31,775 nucleotides of DNA from Halodesulfurarchaeum sp. (GTDB taxonomy: Archaea; Halobacteriota; Halobacteria; Halobacteriales; Halobacteriaceae), in assembly GCA_042216015.1 (NCBI GenBank), contig JBDGUI010000023.1, positions 1 through 31,775 on the forward strand, read 5' to 3'. Shown piece after piece: positions 23,042 through 31,775 of the stretch. Under the pieces are notes generated by a model. It made no database searches, was not told the DNA's origin, and was given only the letters and a program-made list of their open reading frames with translations. Position 1 is the stretch's first letter. Each line of letters opens with the position of its first letter. The position numbers and the translations under genes were made by a program.

Positions 23042-25468
23042 GTGGAACTCGTCCTGATCGTCCTCTGGCTCGGGCTCTTCCTGGGGCTCGGAGCACTGGC
23101 GCTCCCGTTCGCGAGCCTCCTGTTCTCGTCGGTCGCCGATCGGGGCGCGGGACTCGCGATCCCGCTCTCCTTTGCGGTCGTGGCGTTTACCGTCTACTGG
23201 CTCGGTCAGGTCAGGTTTGGGTTGGTGTCCGCAGTGGGGGCGGTTATCGCTCTGGGCGGGCTATCCGCTCTCTCGGTTCGCCGGGGTGTCTCGATCGACA
23301 CTCGCCGATTTCGGAGTGCAATCGTCGTGTTCACGCTCGCGTATCTCTTCTTGATCCTCATCCGATTGTTTCGCCCGGGCGCGTTCCCCGGTGGTGGCGA
23401 GAAATTCCTCGATTTCGGCCTGCTGGCGTCACTGCTCCGAACGGATGTCCTGCCGCCGGAGGACATGTGGTTCGCCGGTAAGCCGGTGAGGTATTACTAT
23501 GGCGGCCACATGCTGGCGGCGACATTCGCCACGCTCACAGACACCGCGCCCAGGTACGCGTATAACACCGCCCTGGCCGGCTACTACGCTGCGTACGTCA
23601 CGGCTGCCTGGGGGCTCGCCGGAGCCCTCTCGTCGGAGCTCGATCGGCCTTACTGGCTGGGAGGTGCGCTGGGAGCGTTCTTCGTCGGACTCGCGAGCAA
23701 CCTCTCGACACCGGCACGACTGCTCGTGTGGATTCTTCCACGACGGATGGGGGGATGGGTCGCCGATCTCCTTGGAATCAAGGTCGTGGGCCTCGCGACC
23801 GGCCCGATGCATTTCAATTACTGGTATGCGAGCCGGGTGATCGACGGAGACGTGGCCGGTGACTGGCAACTCATCACCGAATTTCCGTTCTTCGCATTTC
23901 TCAACGGTGACCTCCACGGACACATGATGAGTCCGGTGTTTCTCCTGCTGGGCGTGGGACTCTCCTTCGCCATCTGGAAGCGACCGGCAACCGACCGCAG
24001 CGGCCGGCTCCTCCGACTCCTGGCCATCGCTCCCCTCATCGGGTTACTGATCGTGACGAACACGTGGAGTGCCCCCGCACTCTTCGGGATGACGGCATTG
24101 GCCCTCGTATTCGCCCCTGGGGCTCCCTGGACTCTCCTCCCAAATGCGATCCGAGACCGGATCGAGGCGTCCATCGGGAACCGCCCACTTGCATCCGAAA
24201 CCGCCCGCATCGCGATGGGCACGGGGCTCGCACTCGTGGTGACCGTTCTAGGGGCCCTCTCCGTGTACCCGTTTCTTCTCGGGGCCGCAAGTGGCCGATC
24301 GATTGGCCTCCTGCCGACGCCGCGAAGCGGTCTGGGTGGCCTCCTCCTCGTGTACGGAGCATTCCTCGCCATCAGTGCGGCCTATCTCGCCGGCAAATCG
24401 CGACATCGTCGGTCGTGGAAACTCGGCGTGATTGTGGCCGTTCTGCTCGTCGGGTCCACGTTCGTTCGGGCGCCGGCTGTGGGACTGTTCCTCCCGCCCC
24501 TGCTCGGTGGCTGGTACCTGCTTCGAACCCGCGAGGACGTCTCGTTCGAACTCGTCCTGCTGGTGGGTGCACTCGGCCTCTTGCTCCTCGTCGAATTCGT
24601 GTACGTCATCGAGAGGGCGGGACCGGGCCGAATGAATACCGTCTTCAAGATCTCCGCGCAGGCCTGGGCGCTCCTGTCCGTTGCTGGAGGGGTCATGGGT
24701 GCCTGGCTGGTCGGGCCGAACGGCCCAGGGCCAGCTCTCGCCGGAGCGAGACGGACCGTCGAGCAGAAACTCCCCCCCGTGGGATCTCGAGATGAGCGGG
24801 AGTCGAACGCGGATGAGGTGACTACGACGAAACGAACGCGACTCGCGACGGTGCTGTTCCTCGTCCTGATCGTCTCACTCTCGATTTACCCCGTCCTCGG
24901 AACGATCTGGGCGATCGGAAGCGGAACGACGGGCCCCACCCTCGATGCACATGCCTATATCCACGAGGAGCATCCAGAGGAGGCATCGGCGATCAGGTGG
25001 CTCGCCAACCGAAGCGGTCAGCCCAACATGGTCTCGGCCCCGGGAACGGAGATCTATCGATGGGTCAACGCTCCATCGAGCATGACGGGGATTCCGACAG
25101 TCGCCGGCTGGGTGCACGAGGTCGGCTATCGGGGGCCAGAGCCGTACTGGGACCGGGTGCGAGACGTCGAGATCATCTTCGAGACGAGTGATCCCAGATC
25201 TCGGAGACTGCTCCTCGAACGGTACAACGTGACGTACATCTACGTCGGCCCGATCGAGCGTGAGCGGTACGAACTCCCTAATATCACGACCGAATCCGGG
25301 ATATCGGTCGCCTATTCGGACACCCACGTGACCATCTATCGGGTGAATCGATCCATCGGGCGAATCGATCCATCGGGTGAATTGATCCATCGGGCGAACC
25401 GGACGAATCGGATGGATCGACCCATCGAACGGATTGATTCGTGCGGGTGTGGTGATCCAATCGGGTAG
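23042..25468 (+). CDS. DUF2298 (YYY-domain) polytopic membrane protein, GT-C-like
   Basis: GGEKFLDFG, PPEDMWFAG..YYYGGH, ITEFPFFAFLNGDLHGH, NTW, RMNTVFK, TGIPTVAGWVHE, YNVTYIYVGPIER. Confidence 0.85.
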   Translation: MELVLIVLWLGLFLGLGALALPFASLLFSSVADRGAGLAIPLSFAVVAFTVYWLGQVRFGLVSAVGAVIALGGLSALSVRRGVSIDTRRFRSAIVVFTLAYLFLILIRLFRPGAFPGGGEKFLDFGLLASLLRTDVLPPEDMWFAGKPVRYYYGGHMLAATFATLTDTAPRYAYNTALAGYYAAYVTAAWGLAGALSSELDRPYWLGGALGAFFVGLASNLSTPARLLVWILPRRMGGWVADLLGIKVVGLATGPMHFNYWYASRVIDGDVAGDWQLITEFPFFAFLNGDLHGHMMSPVFLLLGVGLSFAIWKRPATDRSGRLLRLLAIAPLIGLLIVTNTWSAPALFGMTALALVFAPGAPWTLLPNAIRDRIEASIGNRPLASETARIAMGTGLALVVTVLGALSVYPFLLGAASGRSIGLLPTPRSGLGGLLLVYGAFLAISAAYLAGKSRHRRSWKLGVIVAVLLVGSTFVRAPAVGLFLPPLLGGWYLLRTREDVSFELVLLVGALGLLLLVEFVYVIERAGPGRMNTVFKISAQAWALLSVAGGVMGAWLVGPNGPGPALAGARRTVEQKLPPVGSRDERESNADEVTTTKRTRLATVLFLVLIVSLSIYPVLGTIWAIGSGTTGPTLDAHAYIHEEHPEEASAIRWLANRSGQPNMVSAPGTEIYRWVNAPSSMTGIPTVAGWVHEVGYRGPEPYWDRVRDVEIIFETSDPRSRRLLLERYNVTYIYVGPIERERYELPNITTESGISVAYSDTHVTIYRVNRSIGRIDPSGELIHRANRTNRMDRPIERIDSCGCGDPIG
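25334..25401. repeat. 4 x 17-bp direct tandem repeat (consensus ATCCATCGGGYGAATCG)
   Basis: Units: 25334 ATCTATCGGGTGAATCG; 25351 ATCCATCGGGCGAATCG; 25368 ATCCATCGGGTGAATTG; 25385 ATCCATCGGGCGAACCG. No spacers. Confidence 0.9.
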
Positions 25469-25558
25469 GGCCCTCGAATGGAGCGATCGGTGTGGAGCGA
25501 TAAAAAGCCGGACCGACCCGTCGAGAGAAGCGGCGACGAATCCGTAAAATGGAGACGC

Positions 25559-25825
25559 CTAAACCGCCAGATCGCCCGCTCGCTTTTTGACCTCGACGTC
25601 CTCGGCGTCCACGGTCTCCACGTCGAGGAAGTGCGGGATGTAGTTCCGTTTCTCGAAGTCATCCTGCTCGTCGGGCTGGCCGGCGATACACCACAGCTGG
25701 ACCCGGTCCGGCCCGTGCCAGTCACCGTTCCGGGTGACCTGGAACAGCGTGTACTCCTCGCCGTCGACCTCGACGATGCCGTCCTTGCGCACGCCCGGGT
25801 CGCCGTGGATAATGAGCCGCTTCAT
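25559..25825 (-). CDS. Conserved haloarchaeal small protein (HAH_0734-like)
   Basis: MKRLIIHGDPGVRKDG...GDWHGPDRVQLWC...FEKRNYIPHFLDVE; start at 25825; divergent from rpl44e. Confidence 0.8.
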   Translation of the reverse strand: MKRLIIHGDPGVRKDGIVEVDGEEYTLFQVTRNGDWHGPDRVQLWCIAGQPDEQDDFEKRNYIPHFLDVETVDAEDVEVKKRAGDLAV

Positions 25826-25974
25826 ACGGGCCGCTTCGACGGACCGGGGAGTAAACGTTTCGAAGCTCTCCTCGTGACGGTGAGGGCGCGGGATTCCGGG
25901 CCCGCTGGCCGGACGGCGAACCAAACGCGTTTTAACTCCCCCTCACCAACCCCACTTCAACAGGGCTGATTTCC

Positions 25975-26256
25975 ATGGAGATGCCACGCCGGATCAATAC
26001 GTACTGTCCGCACTGTGATACACACACCCAGCACGAGGTCGAGAAAGTCCGCCGCGGTCGCGAGACCGGAATGAAGTGGGCGGACCGCCAGGAGAAGCGG
26101 GGCAAGTCCACCATCGGGAACGCCGGCAAGTTCTCGAAGGTGCCCGGTGGAGACAAACCCACGAAGAAGACCGACCTCAAATACCGGTGCAGCGAGTGTG
26201 GAAAGGCCCACCTCCGGGAGGGGTGGCGGGCCGGCAAACTCGAACTCACGGAGTAA
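25975..26256 (+). CDS. rpl44e: 50S ribosomal protein L44e
   Basis: [33 protein letters not shown]. Confidence 0.97.
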   Translation: MEMPRRINTYCPHCDTHTQHEVEKVRRGRETGMKWADRQEKRGKSTIGNAGKFSKVPGGDKPTKKTDLKYRCSECGKAHLREGWRAGKLELTE

Positions 26257-26259
26257 AGC

Positions 26260-26433
26260 ATGCCAGGAAGCTTCCTCCGCGTCGAGTGTCCGGACTGTGA
26301 GAACGAACAGACCGTCTTCGAGAAGGCGTCCTCGGAGGTCACCTGTGCCGTCTGTGGCACGACGCTCGCCACGCCGACCGGTGGCATGGCGGAACTCGAC
26401 GCCGAGGTACTCGAGGTCGTCGAAGAGCGATGA
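26260..26433 (+). CDS. rps27e: 30S ribosomal protein S27e
   Basis: Below the ORF-track cutoff; hand-translated [57 protein letters not shown]. Confidence 0.95.
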   Translation: MPGSFLRVECPDCENEQTVFEKASSEVTCAVCGTTLATPTGGMAELDAEVLEVVEER

Positions 26434-27230
26434 AGTACGAGGGCTGGCCCGACCCCGGGGAACTCGTCGTCGGCAAGGTCGAGGAGATCGAGGACTTCGG
26501 CGTCTTCGTGGACCTCGAGGAGTACGAAGGGAAACGAGGGTTGGCCCATATCAGCGAGGTCGCCTCCGGCTGGATCAAGAACATCTCCGATCACGTAAAG
26601 GAGGACCAGACCGTCGTCGCGAAGGTTCTCGACGTCGACCGCTCCTCACAGCAGATCGACCTCTCGATCAAGGACGTCAACGATCATCAGCGTTCGGAGA
26701 CCATCCAGCGATGGAAAAACGAGCAAAAGGCAGATAAGTGGCTCACGCTCGCGTTCGGCGAGGACATGGCCGACGATCGGTTTCGGGAGGTGGCCGACGA
26801 ACTCCTCGAGGAGTTCGGCAGCCTCTATGACGGCTTCGAACAGGCCGCGATCCACGGCCGACCGGCACTCGAGGACGTCGACCTCCCCGACGAGGATTTG
26901 ACCTCGATCGTGGAGACGGCCCGCGACAACGTCTCCGTTCCCTACGTCACCGTCACCGGCTACGTCGACATCCAGTCGCCACACTCAGACGGAGTCGACG
27001 ACGTACGGGAGGCCCTCAAAGCCGCGGAGGGAAACGGCGAAATTCCGGAGGAGGTGGACCTCGAGGTCACCTACGTTGGGGCACCAGAGTACAGAATCCG
27101 GATTCAGGCACCGACGTACAAGACGGCCGAATCGGAACTCGAGGCCGCCGCCCACCGCGCGATGGAGGCGATCGAGGCCGCCGGTGGCACGGGCGAATTC
27201 CACCGCGAGCGGCGGACCGACGACGAATAG
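26430..27230 (+). CDS. eif2a: Translation initiation factor aIF2 alpha subunit
   Basis: S1 domain [10 protein letters not shown]...[28 protein letters not shown]. Confidence 0.96.
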   Translation: MKYEGWPDPGELVVGKVEEIEDFGVFVDLEEYEGKRGLAHISEVASGWIKNISDHVKEDQTVVAKVLDVDRSSQQIDLSIKDVNDHQRSETIQRWKNEQKADKWLTLAFGEDMADDRFREVADELLEEFGSLYDGFEQAAIHGRPALEDVDLPDEDLTSIVETARDNVSVPYVTVTGYVDIQSPHSDGVDDVREALKAAEGNGEIPEEVDLEVTYVGAPEYRIRIQAPTYKTAESELEAAAHRAMEAIEAAGGTGEFHRERRTDDE

Positions 27231-27234
27231 GCCC

Positions 27235-27417
27235 GTGAAATCCGACATTCGCGTTTGTTCGGCGTGGGAATCGAATCACGAGCGACCGGTATACACGCTT
27301 GCGGATTCCTGTCCCGCGTGTGGAGAAAAGGCGGTAAACAGCGCCCCCGCGAAATTTGATCCGGGAGACCCCTATGGCGAGTACCGACGCGCTCTTAAGG
27401 AGCGTCGCCAAGCCTAG
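27235..27417 (+). CDS. nop10: H/ACA RNP protein Nop10
   Basis: GTG start; YTL..SCPACG...SAPAKFDPGDPYGEYRR; conserved position after aIF2a. Confidence 0.92.
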   Translation: MKSDIRVCSAWESNHERPVYTLADSCPACGEKAVNSAPAKFDPGDPYGEYRRALKERRQA

Positions 27418-27421
27418 GGAC

Positions 27422-28177
27422 ATGAACGAGATCGAGGTGGAGCAGGTCGAAGACGCCGACCTCGAGGAGCCGGTTTTCGTGGAGGGGTTGCCCGGCGTGG
27501 GTCACGTCGGCAAACTCGTCGCCGAACACCTGATCGAGGAGACGGAGAGCACGCTTCTCTCCCGCGTCTACTCGGAACACTTTCCCCCGCAGGTCGGGGT
27601 CGACGAGACTGGGGCTGCGAGCCTGGCCCACGCGGAGATTTACGCCGTCCCAACTGACGGCCGGGATCTGGTGGTGCTAACCGGCGATCACCAGTCGGGA
27701 AGCAACGAGGGTCACTACCGTCTCGCCGCGACATTTCTCGACGAGGCCGAACGACTGGGTGCCGAGACGGTCTACTCGCTCGGTGGAATCCCGACCGGTG
27801 AACTGATCGAGGAGTACAGCGTGCTCGGTGCCGTCTCCAAAGACTCGCTCATCGACGACCTCGAGGCAGCGGGCGTGGAGTTCCGATCCGAGGAACCCAC
27901 CGGCGGAATCGTCGGGACGAGCGGGCTCCTGTTGGGACTTGGTGCACGACGGGAACTCGATGCCGCCTGTCTGATGGGTGAAACGAGTGGTTACCTTGTG
28001 GACCCGAAAAGTGCCCGGGCCGTCCTCGACGTGCTTCAGGAGCGACTGGGATTCGATATACCGGTCGAGGCACTCGACGAACGGGCCGACGAAATGGAGG
28101 AGGTCATCAGTCGCCTCCAGGACATGGAAGAAGCCCAGAGTCCGGGGAGTGGTGAAGACCTGCGGTATATCGGGTAG
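27422..28177 (+). CDS. PAC2-family proteasome assembly chaperone-like protein
   Basis: EGLPGVGHVGKL, HFPPQV, GDHQ, GGIVG, CLMGETSGYLVDPKSA, LRYIG C-terminus. Confidence 0.9.
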   Translation: MNEIEVEQVEDADLEEPVFVEGLPGVGHVGKLVAEHLIEETESTLLSRVYSEHFPPQVGVDETGAASLAHAEIYAVPTDGRDLVVLTGDHQSGSNEGHYRLAATFLDEAERLGAETVYSLGGIPTGELIEEYSVLGAVSKDSLIDDLEAAGVEFRSEEPTGGIVGTSGLLLGLGARRELDAACLMGETSGYLVDPKSARAVLDVLQERLGFDIPVEALDERADEMEEVISRLQDMEEAQSPGSGEDLRYIG

Positions 28178-28191
28178 GGTTGCCACGTGGT

Positions 28192-28968
28192 TCAATCCCG
28201 CACCGTGTAGGCCGTTCCGGCCTCTCGGAGGGGATCAGTGACCCGTCCCACTTCGTCGGCCGTCGCGACGACTGTCACGTCGACACCCCGTTCTGCAGCC
28301 CGTGCAGCGACCGATCCGACGGCGAATCGGCCGTCGGGTTCCCGTCCAATGCGATCGAGAGCGATGACCGCCTCCACGCCGGCTGCAAGCACCAGGGCGG
28401 CGTCGACACAGGCCCGTTCCAACTCCTCGCTGTCGACACTCCGGCTCCCACCGCTTCGCACCGGCGGGACCTGATAGACCGTGACCGATCCCGGGGAGAA
28501 ATCGATGACACCCTCGAACCCCGAGACTCCGACCTCCTCGCCCGCCTCCGCGTCGGTCGTCGCGGTCCCCGTTGCCGGTCCTTCGTCCCCGGGGGTGGCA
28601 TGGAGCATGCCATCGCGCATCTCGAGGGTGACAGGCTCACCCGCCTCGATCTCGGCGGTGGCGATGGCCGCGTCCTCCTGAACACCACCGAGCACGTCGT
28701 CTGCCACCCGCTCGGTGAACCGACGGATGTCGGTGGTGTGCCCCAGGAGCCAGTCGACCCCCTCGTTCGTCACCTGATAGCGCGAGCGACCATGCTTCAC
28801 CACGAGGCCGTCCTCGACCAGTTCACGGATGTACTCCGAGACGGCCTGGCTGGTTACCCCGACGACCTCCGCGATTTCCCCCTGGCTCACCGCCGGCTGT
28901 CGATCGGCGATCTCGACCAGGATCCGGTATCGAGTCGCCTCGCGTTTGTCATCGAGAACCTCGACCAT
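28192..28968 (-). CDS. Winged-helix (MarR/AsnC-like) transcriptional regulator
   Basis: KREATRYRILVEIADRQPAVSQGEIAEVVGVTSQAVSEYIRELVEDG; start MVEVL at 28968. Confidence 0.85.
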   Translation of the reverse strand: MVEVLDDKREATRYRILVEIADRQPAVSQGEIAEVVGVTSQAVSEYIRELVEDGLVVKHGRSRYQVTNEGVDWLLGHTTDIRRFTERVADDVLGGVQEDAAIATAEIEAGEPVTLEMRDGMLHATPGDEGPATGTATTDAEAGEEVGVSGFEGVIDFSPGSVTVYQVPPVRSGGSRSVDSEELERACVDAALVLAAGVEAVIALDRIGREPDGRFAVGSVAARAAERGVDVTVVATADEVGRVTDPLREAGTAYTVRD

Positions 28969-29074
28969 GATTTGGGGCTCGAAGGCGGCGATGAAAACTG
29001 CACCGGTCGAGATGGCACAGCACCGATCCGCTCGAGAGGGGACACCTTTTTGCCACGGACACCGAGGGTCACGT

Positions 29075-29770
29075 GTGGCATCGTTCGAAGACGCACACTT
29101 CGAGGATCGAGCAGTCCTGTTCCCCGGGACCGAAACGCTGATCCTCGCAGACGTCCATCTGGGGCGGGTCAGGAACTCCAGAGTCGACCACCCGATCGGC
29201 AGCCACGCTGATTTTCTCGACCGACTCGACGCGCTCATCGACGAGCACGGACCCGAGCGGGTCGTGATCGCCGGCGACCTCGTCCATGACTTCGAATCGG
29301 TCCCTCGTGCTGTCGCCGAAACCGTGACGGAACTCGTTGGGCTGGTCGAGAGATCGGGTGCAGAATTCGTCGGCGTCGCCGGAAATCACGACACGGTGCT
29401 CTCCCGGGTGACGTCGATTGAGCCCGTGACGGATTGCCGGATCGGGGAGGAGACGCTCGTCCATCACGGGCACGCCCTCCCCGAGAGCGAGGGATCGCGG
29501 TACGTGGTCGGCCACGACCACCCCGCGATCACGATCGAGGGGGCCAGGCGACCCTGTTATCTCGACTGCCCCGATCAGTACGAGGGACGACCAGTGTTGG
29601 TATTGCCGGCCTTCAGCCGCGTGGCCGTGGGGACGACCGTCAATGGCCGGTCCACCGCGGACCTGATGACGCCACTGGTGACCGATCTGGGACCGTGTCG
29701 CCCCATCGTCACGACCGACGAGAAACGGCTGGTATTCCCACCCCTCGAGGAGTTAGCGCCCCACCTCTGA
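29075..29770 (+). CDS. Calcineurin-like metallophosphoesterase
   Basis: ADVHLG, AGDLVH, GNHD, HGH, GHDHP, LPAF; probable GTG start at 29075. Confidence 0.88.
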   Translation: MASFEDAHFEDRAVLFPGTETLILADVHLGRVRNSRVDHPIGSHADFLDRLDALIDEHGPERVVIAGDLVHDFESVPRAVAETVTELVGLVERSGAEFVGVAGNHDTVLSRVTSIEPVTDCRIGEETLVHHGHALPESEGSRYVVGHDHPAITIEGARRPCYLDCPDQYEGRPVLVLPAFSRVAVGTTVNGRSTADLMTPLVTDLGPCRPIVTTDEKRLVFPPLEELAPHL

Positions 29771-31027
29771 GTCGAGGATGGCCCTCGAGGCGCGTCTTCC
29801 GCTCAAAAGCGCGCCGTTGATCGAGGAATCGGTCGTAATGTCCCCAGCGAGGTAGACCGACCCCTGGGGCGCTGTCACCGACGGCAGCGAGTCGTGTGTT
29901 CCAGGGGGTTGGGCATACTGGGCGAACGGAACATCGACCGTTTCGAGCAGACGGAGTCCGTCAAAGGATGCCGCTGGATACCATGACGCGATCGTTTTGC
30001 GAGTCCGCTCGGCCTGCGTTTCCGGATCCAGGTCGGGCTCACCCGGCGTACTCGCCGCGAGAAGCGCCCGCCCATCCGGTGTGAAGGAAGGCGCCACGGC
30101 CGAGAGACTCGCCACGATATTCGGAACGCTGCCCTCGGCGTTGAGATGGATTCGGGTCCGGTCCGCGATCGGGTTGTCCACGGAGACCGCGAAGTACTGC
30201 GTTCGAACCGATTTGCCGGCGGTTGGTATCGATTCGACGCCCGTGAGACGCCTGCTCGCTTCCGGCCCGGCGGCGACGATCACCGAATCGGCAGTGACGG
30301 ATTCCCCGCCGAGGTCGACGGTCACCGGTCCGGTCCCGTCGATCGACTCGACGGACGTGTCCGTTTCGATCCTCGCACCGTTCCTTCGGGCGTGAGCGAC
30401 CAGTTGTTCGGGAATGGCTTGCATCCCGGCCGCCGGGAGCGCCGCCGCCCCCTCCGAGAGCATTCGGAAGGTGAACCGAAAGATCCGACTCGAGGTCTTC
30501 AATGATCGATCGAGAGTGATTCCGCCATACAGCGGTCCCGCGAAGGACCCGAGGAACCGATCCGAGAACCCCTGTGCCCGCAGATACGAATCGATCGGTT
30601 CGTCCGGGCCAGAAAAAATTTCCTGCCGGGAACGACCCGTGATCGCCCGTCTGAGTGCAAGGATCCGGAATTTGTCCCTCATCGTCAGATCCCGCGAGAG
30701 CGCCGTTTCGACCGCCCGGTACGGATCGCGGAGCGGGTCCACGATGACGCTTCGATGATTCGAACGGCACACGACCGCCCCGGATGGAAACCGCTTCAAT
30801 TCGAGGTCCGGGAGGGAAAGTGCACGGGTGACCTCGGGATAGGCCGTGAACAGGACCTGAAATCCCCGATCGAGGGTGAAGCCGTCGACGTTCTTCGTTC
30901 TGACCCGGCCCCCGACCGTCGGGCCCGCCTCGAATACCTGCACCGAGAGCCCCTCGTTCGCCAGTCGTCTCGCAGTCTCGAGGCCAGCGAGCCCTGCACC
31001 CACGACAGCGATCCGAGTGTCAGTCAT
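29753..31027 (-). CDS. FAD-dependent oxidoreductase (amine oxidase/phytoene desaturase/protoporphyrinogen oxidase-like)
   Basis: VVGAGLAGL, VGGRVRT, LDRGFQVLFTAYP, LAGD...SSINGALLSGRRA. Confidence 0.85.
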   Translation of the reverse strand: MTDTRIAVVGAGLAGLETARRLANEGLSVQVFEAGPTVGGRVRTKNVDGFTLDRGFQVLFTAYPEVTRALSLPDLELKRFPSGAVVCRSNHRSVIVDPLRDPYRAVETALSRDLTMRDKFRILALRRAITGRSRQEIFSGPDEPIDSYLRAQGFSDRFLGSFAGPLYGGITLDRSLKTSSRIFRFTFRMLSEGAAALPAAGMQAIPEQLVAHARRNGARIETDTSVESIDGTGPVTVDLGGESVTADSVIVAAGPEASRRLTGVESIPTAGKSVRTQYFAVSVDNPIADRTRIHLNAEGSVPNIVASLSAVAPSFTPDGRALLAASTPGEPDLDPETQAERTRKTIASWYPAASFDGLRLLETVDVPFAQYAQPPGTHDSLPSVTAPQGSVYLAGDITTDSSINGALLSGRRASRAILDSEVGR

Positions 31028-31094
31028 TGATGAACGGCTCTCGGGGCGGCTGCAAAACGATGTGGGTTATCACCACTGCAGCACCAACCTTGGG

Positions 31095-31775
31095 TGCCTT
31101 GTTTTGCTGCCGAATGACGACAGTTTCAGACGCTCTCACGGTTATCTTCCGTCAGATTAACCGGGAAATGGACGCCGTCTGGCGATATGGCATCGCTCAG
31201 ACGGCTAGCGCGAATGTGTCGAGACCTTGCCAAACTGCACGTTGACGATCCGGATGTACCCGCCGCGCCGGATGGCGCGGGCGGGTACGCCAAGTGGACA
31301 CAGATCGCGTTAATTCTGTTCCGCGTCGAACTGGAGAAGAGCCTCCGGGAAACTGAAGACTACCTCAACGAGATGGCAGGTGTTCTTGCTGTATTCGACC
31401 TTGACGAGGCACCGAACTACAGCTCGTTGTGCCGGTGGGAACAAGAGTATCGGATGCGTGAACTCCGCCGCCTGCTCCGCGCTTCGGCGGAGCAGGCGGG
31501 CTGGAGTGGTGAAGCCGCAATTGACGCGAGTGGCTTCCAGCGCGATCAAACCAGCTACCACTACCGCGACCGCGCGAATTACTCGTTCCAGTCGATGAAG
31601 ACGACGATCTTGATCGACGTGAACTCGCTAGCGATCAAGGACGTTCACTACACGACGCAGAAGGCGTGGGACGGCCACATCGGGATGCAGGTCTTCCGCC
31701 GGAACGCGGAAGACCTGCAGGTACTGTCTGCTGACGCGAACTACTCGTGGAGCGATCTCCGTGAGGAGTGTCGCT
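31095..31775 (+). mobile_element. IS5-family (ISH1-like) insertion sequence, left part
   Basis: Begins TGCCTTGTTTTG, matching the ISH1-type terminal inverted repeat as I recall it, 92 bp before a transposase ATG; the right end is outside the window. Confidence 0.75.
31187..31775 (+). CDS. IS5-family DDE transposase (partial, runs off the right edge)
   Basis: Not in the ORF track; hand-translated open frame MASLRRLARMCRDLAK...APDGAGGYAKW...PNYSSLCRW...AAIDASGFQRDQTSYHY...KTTILID...LSADANYS with the first two catalytic Asp motifs (IDASG, ADANY). Confidence 0.88.
   Translation, partial: MASLRRLARMCRDLAKLHVDDPDVPAAPDGAGGYAKWTQIALILFRVELEKSLRETEDYLNEMAGVLAVFDLDEAPNYSSLCRWEQEYRMRELRRLLRASAEQAGWSGEAAIDASGFQRDQTSYHYRDRANYSFQSMKTTILIDVNSLAIKDVHYTTQKAWDGHIGMQVFRRNAEDLQVLSADANYSWSDLREECR

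Noticed and set aside
25334..25401. Possible mini-CRISPR array
   Set aside because: Units are contiguous 17-mers with no unique spacers, and there are no cas genes in the window.
25975..28177. rpl44e-rps27e-aIF2a-nop10-PAC2 cluster as a novel system
   Set aside because: A widely conserved archaeal operon.

Overview
High-GC archaeal DNA with strongly acidic proteins and haloarchaeal marker genes (halophile-type MvaD, HAH_0734-like protein, ISH1-like element), so most likely class Halobacteria (inference). Positions 8097-31027 are largely ordinary: nth, an NAD-kinase-like gene, a prenyl diphosphate synthase, coaBC, a 9-gene Mrp/Pha antiporter operon, a purine PRTase, a GtrA/GT2/DUF2298 glycosylation trio and the rpl44e-rps27e-aIF2a-nop10-PAC2 operon. 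An IS5-family element runs off the right edge. The notable part is 1-7977, nine co-oriented minus-strand genes. These are (i) a complete four-gene Aeropyrum/methanogen-type 'modified' mevalonate module (UbiD-type anhydromevalonate phosphate decarboxylase, AcnX large and small phosphomevalonate dehydratase subunits, UbiX) directly upstream of an intact haloarchaeal ATP-dependent phosphomevalonate decarboxylase, giving two routes for the same step; (ii) an AmrS-type radical SAM gene; (iii) an MtnA plus class II aldolase pair, a candidate 5'-deoxyadenosine/MTA salvage shunt; and (iv) at the left edge, absent from the ORF track, the N-terminus of a tetraether-synthase (Tes/MJ0619)-like protein. 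Together they look like a candidate anaerobic isoprenoid/membrane-lipid locus in a haloarchaeon. All functional calls come from motif recognition by eye; no searches were run.
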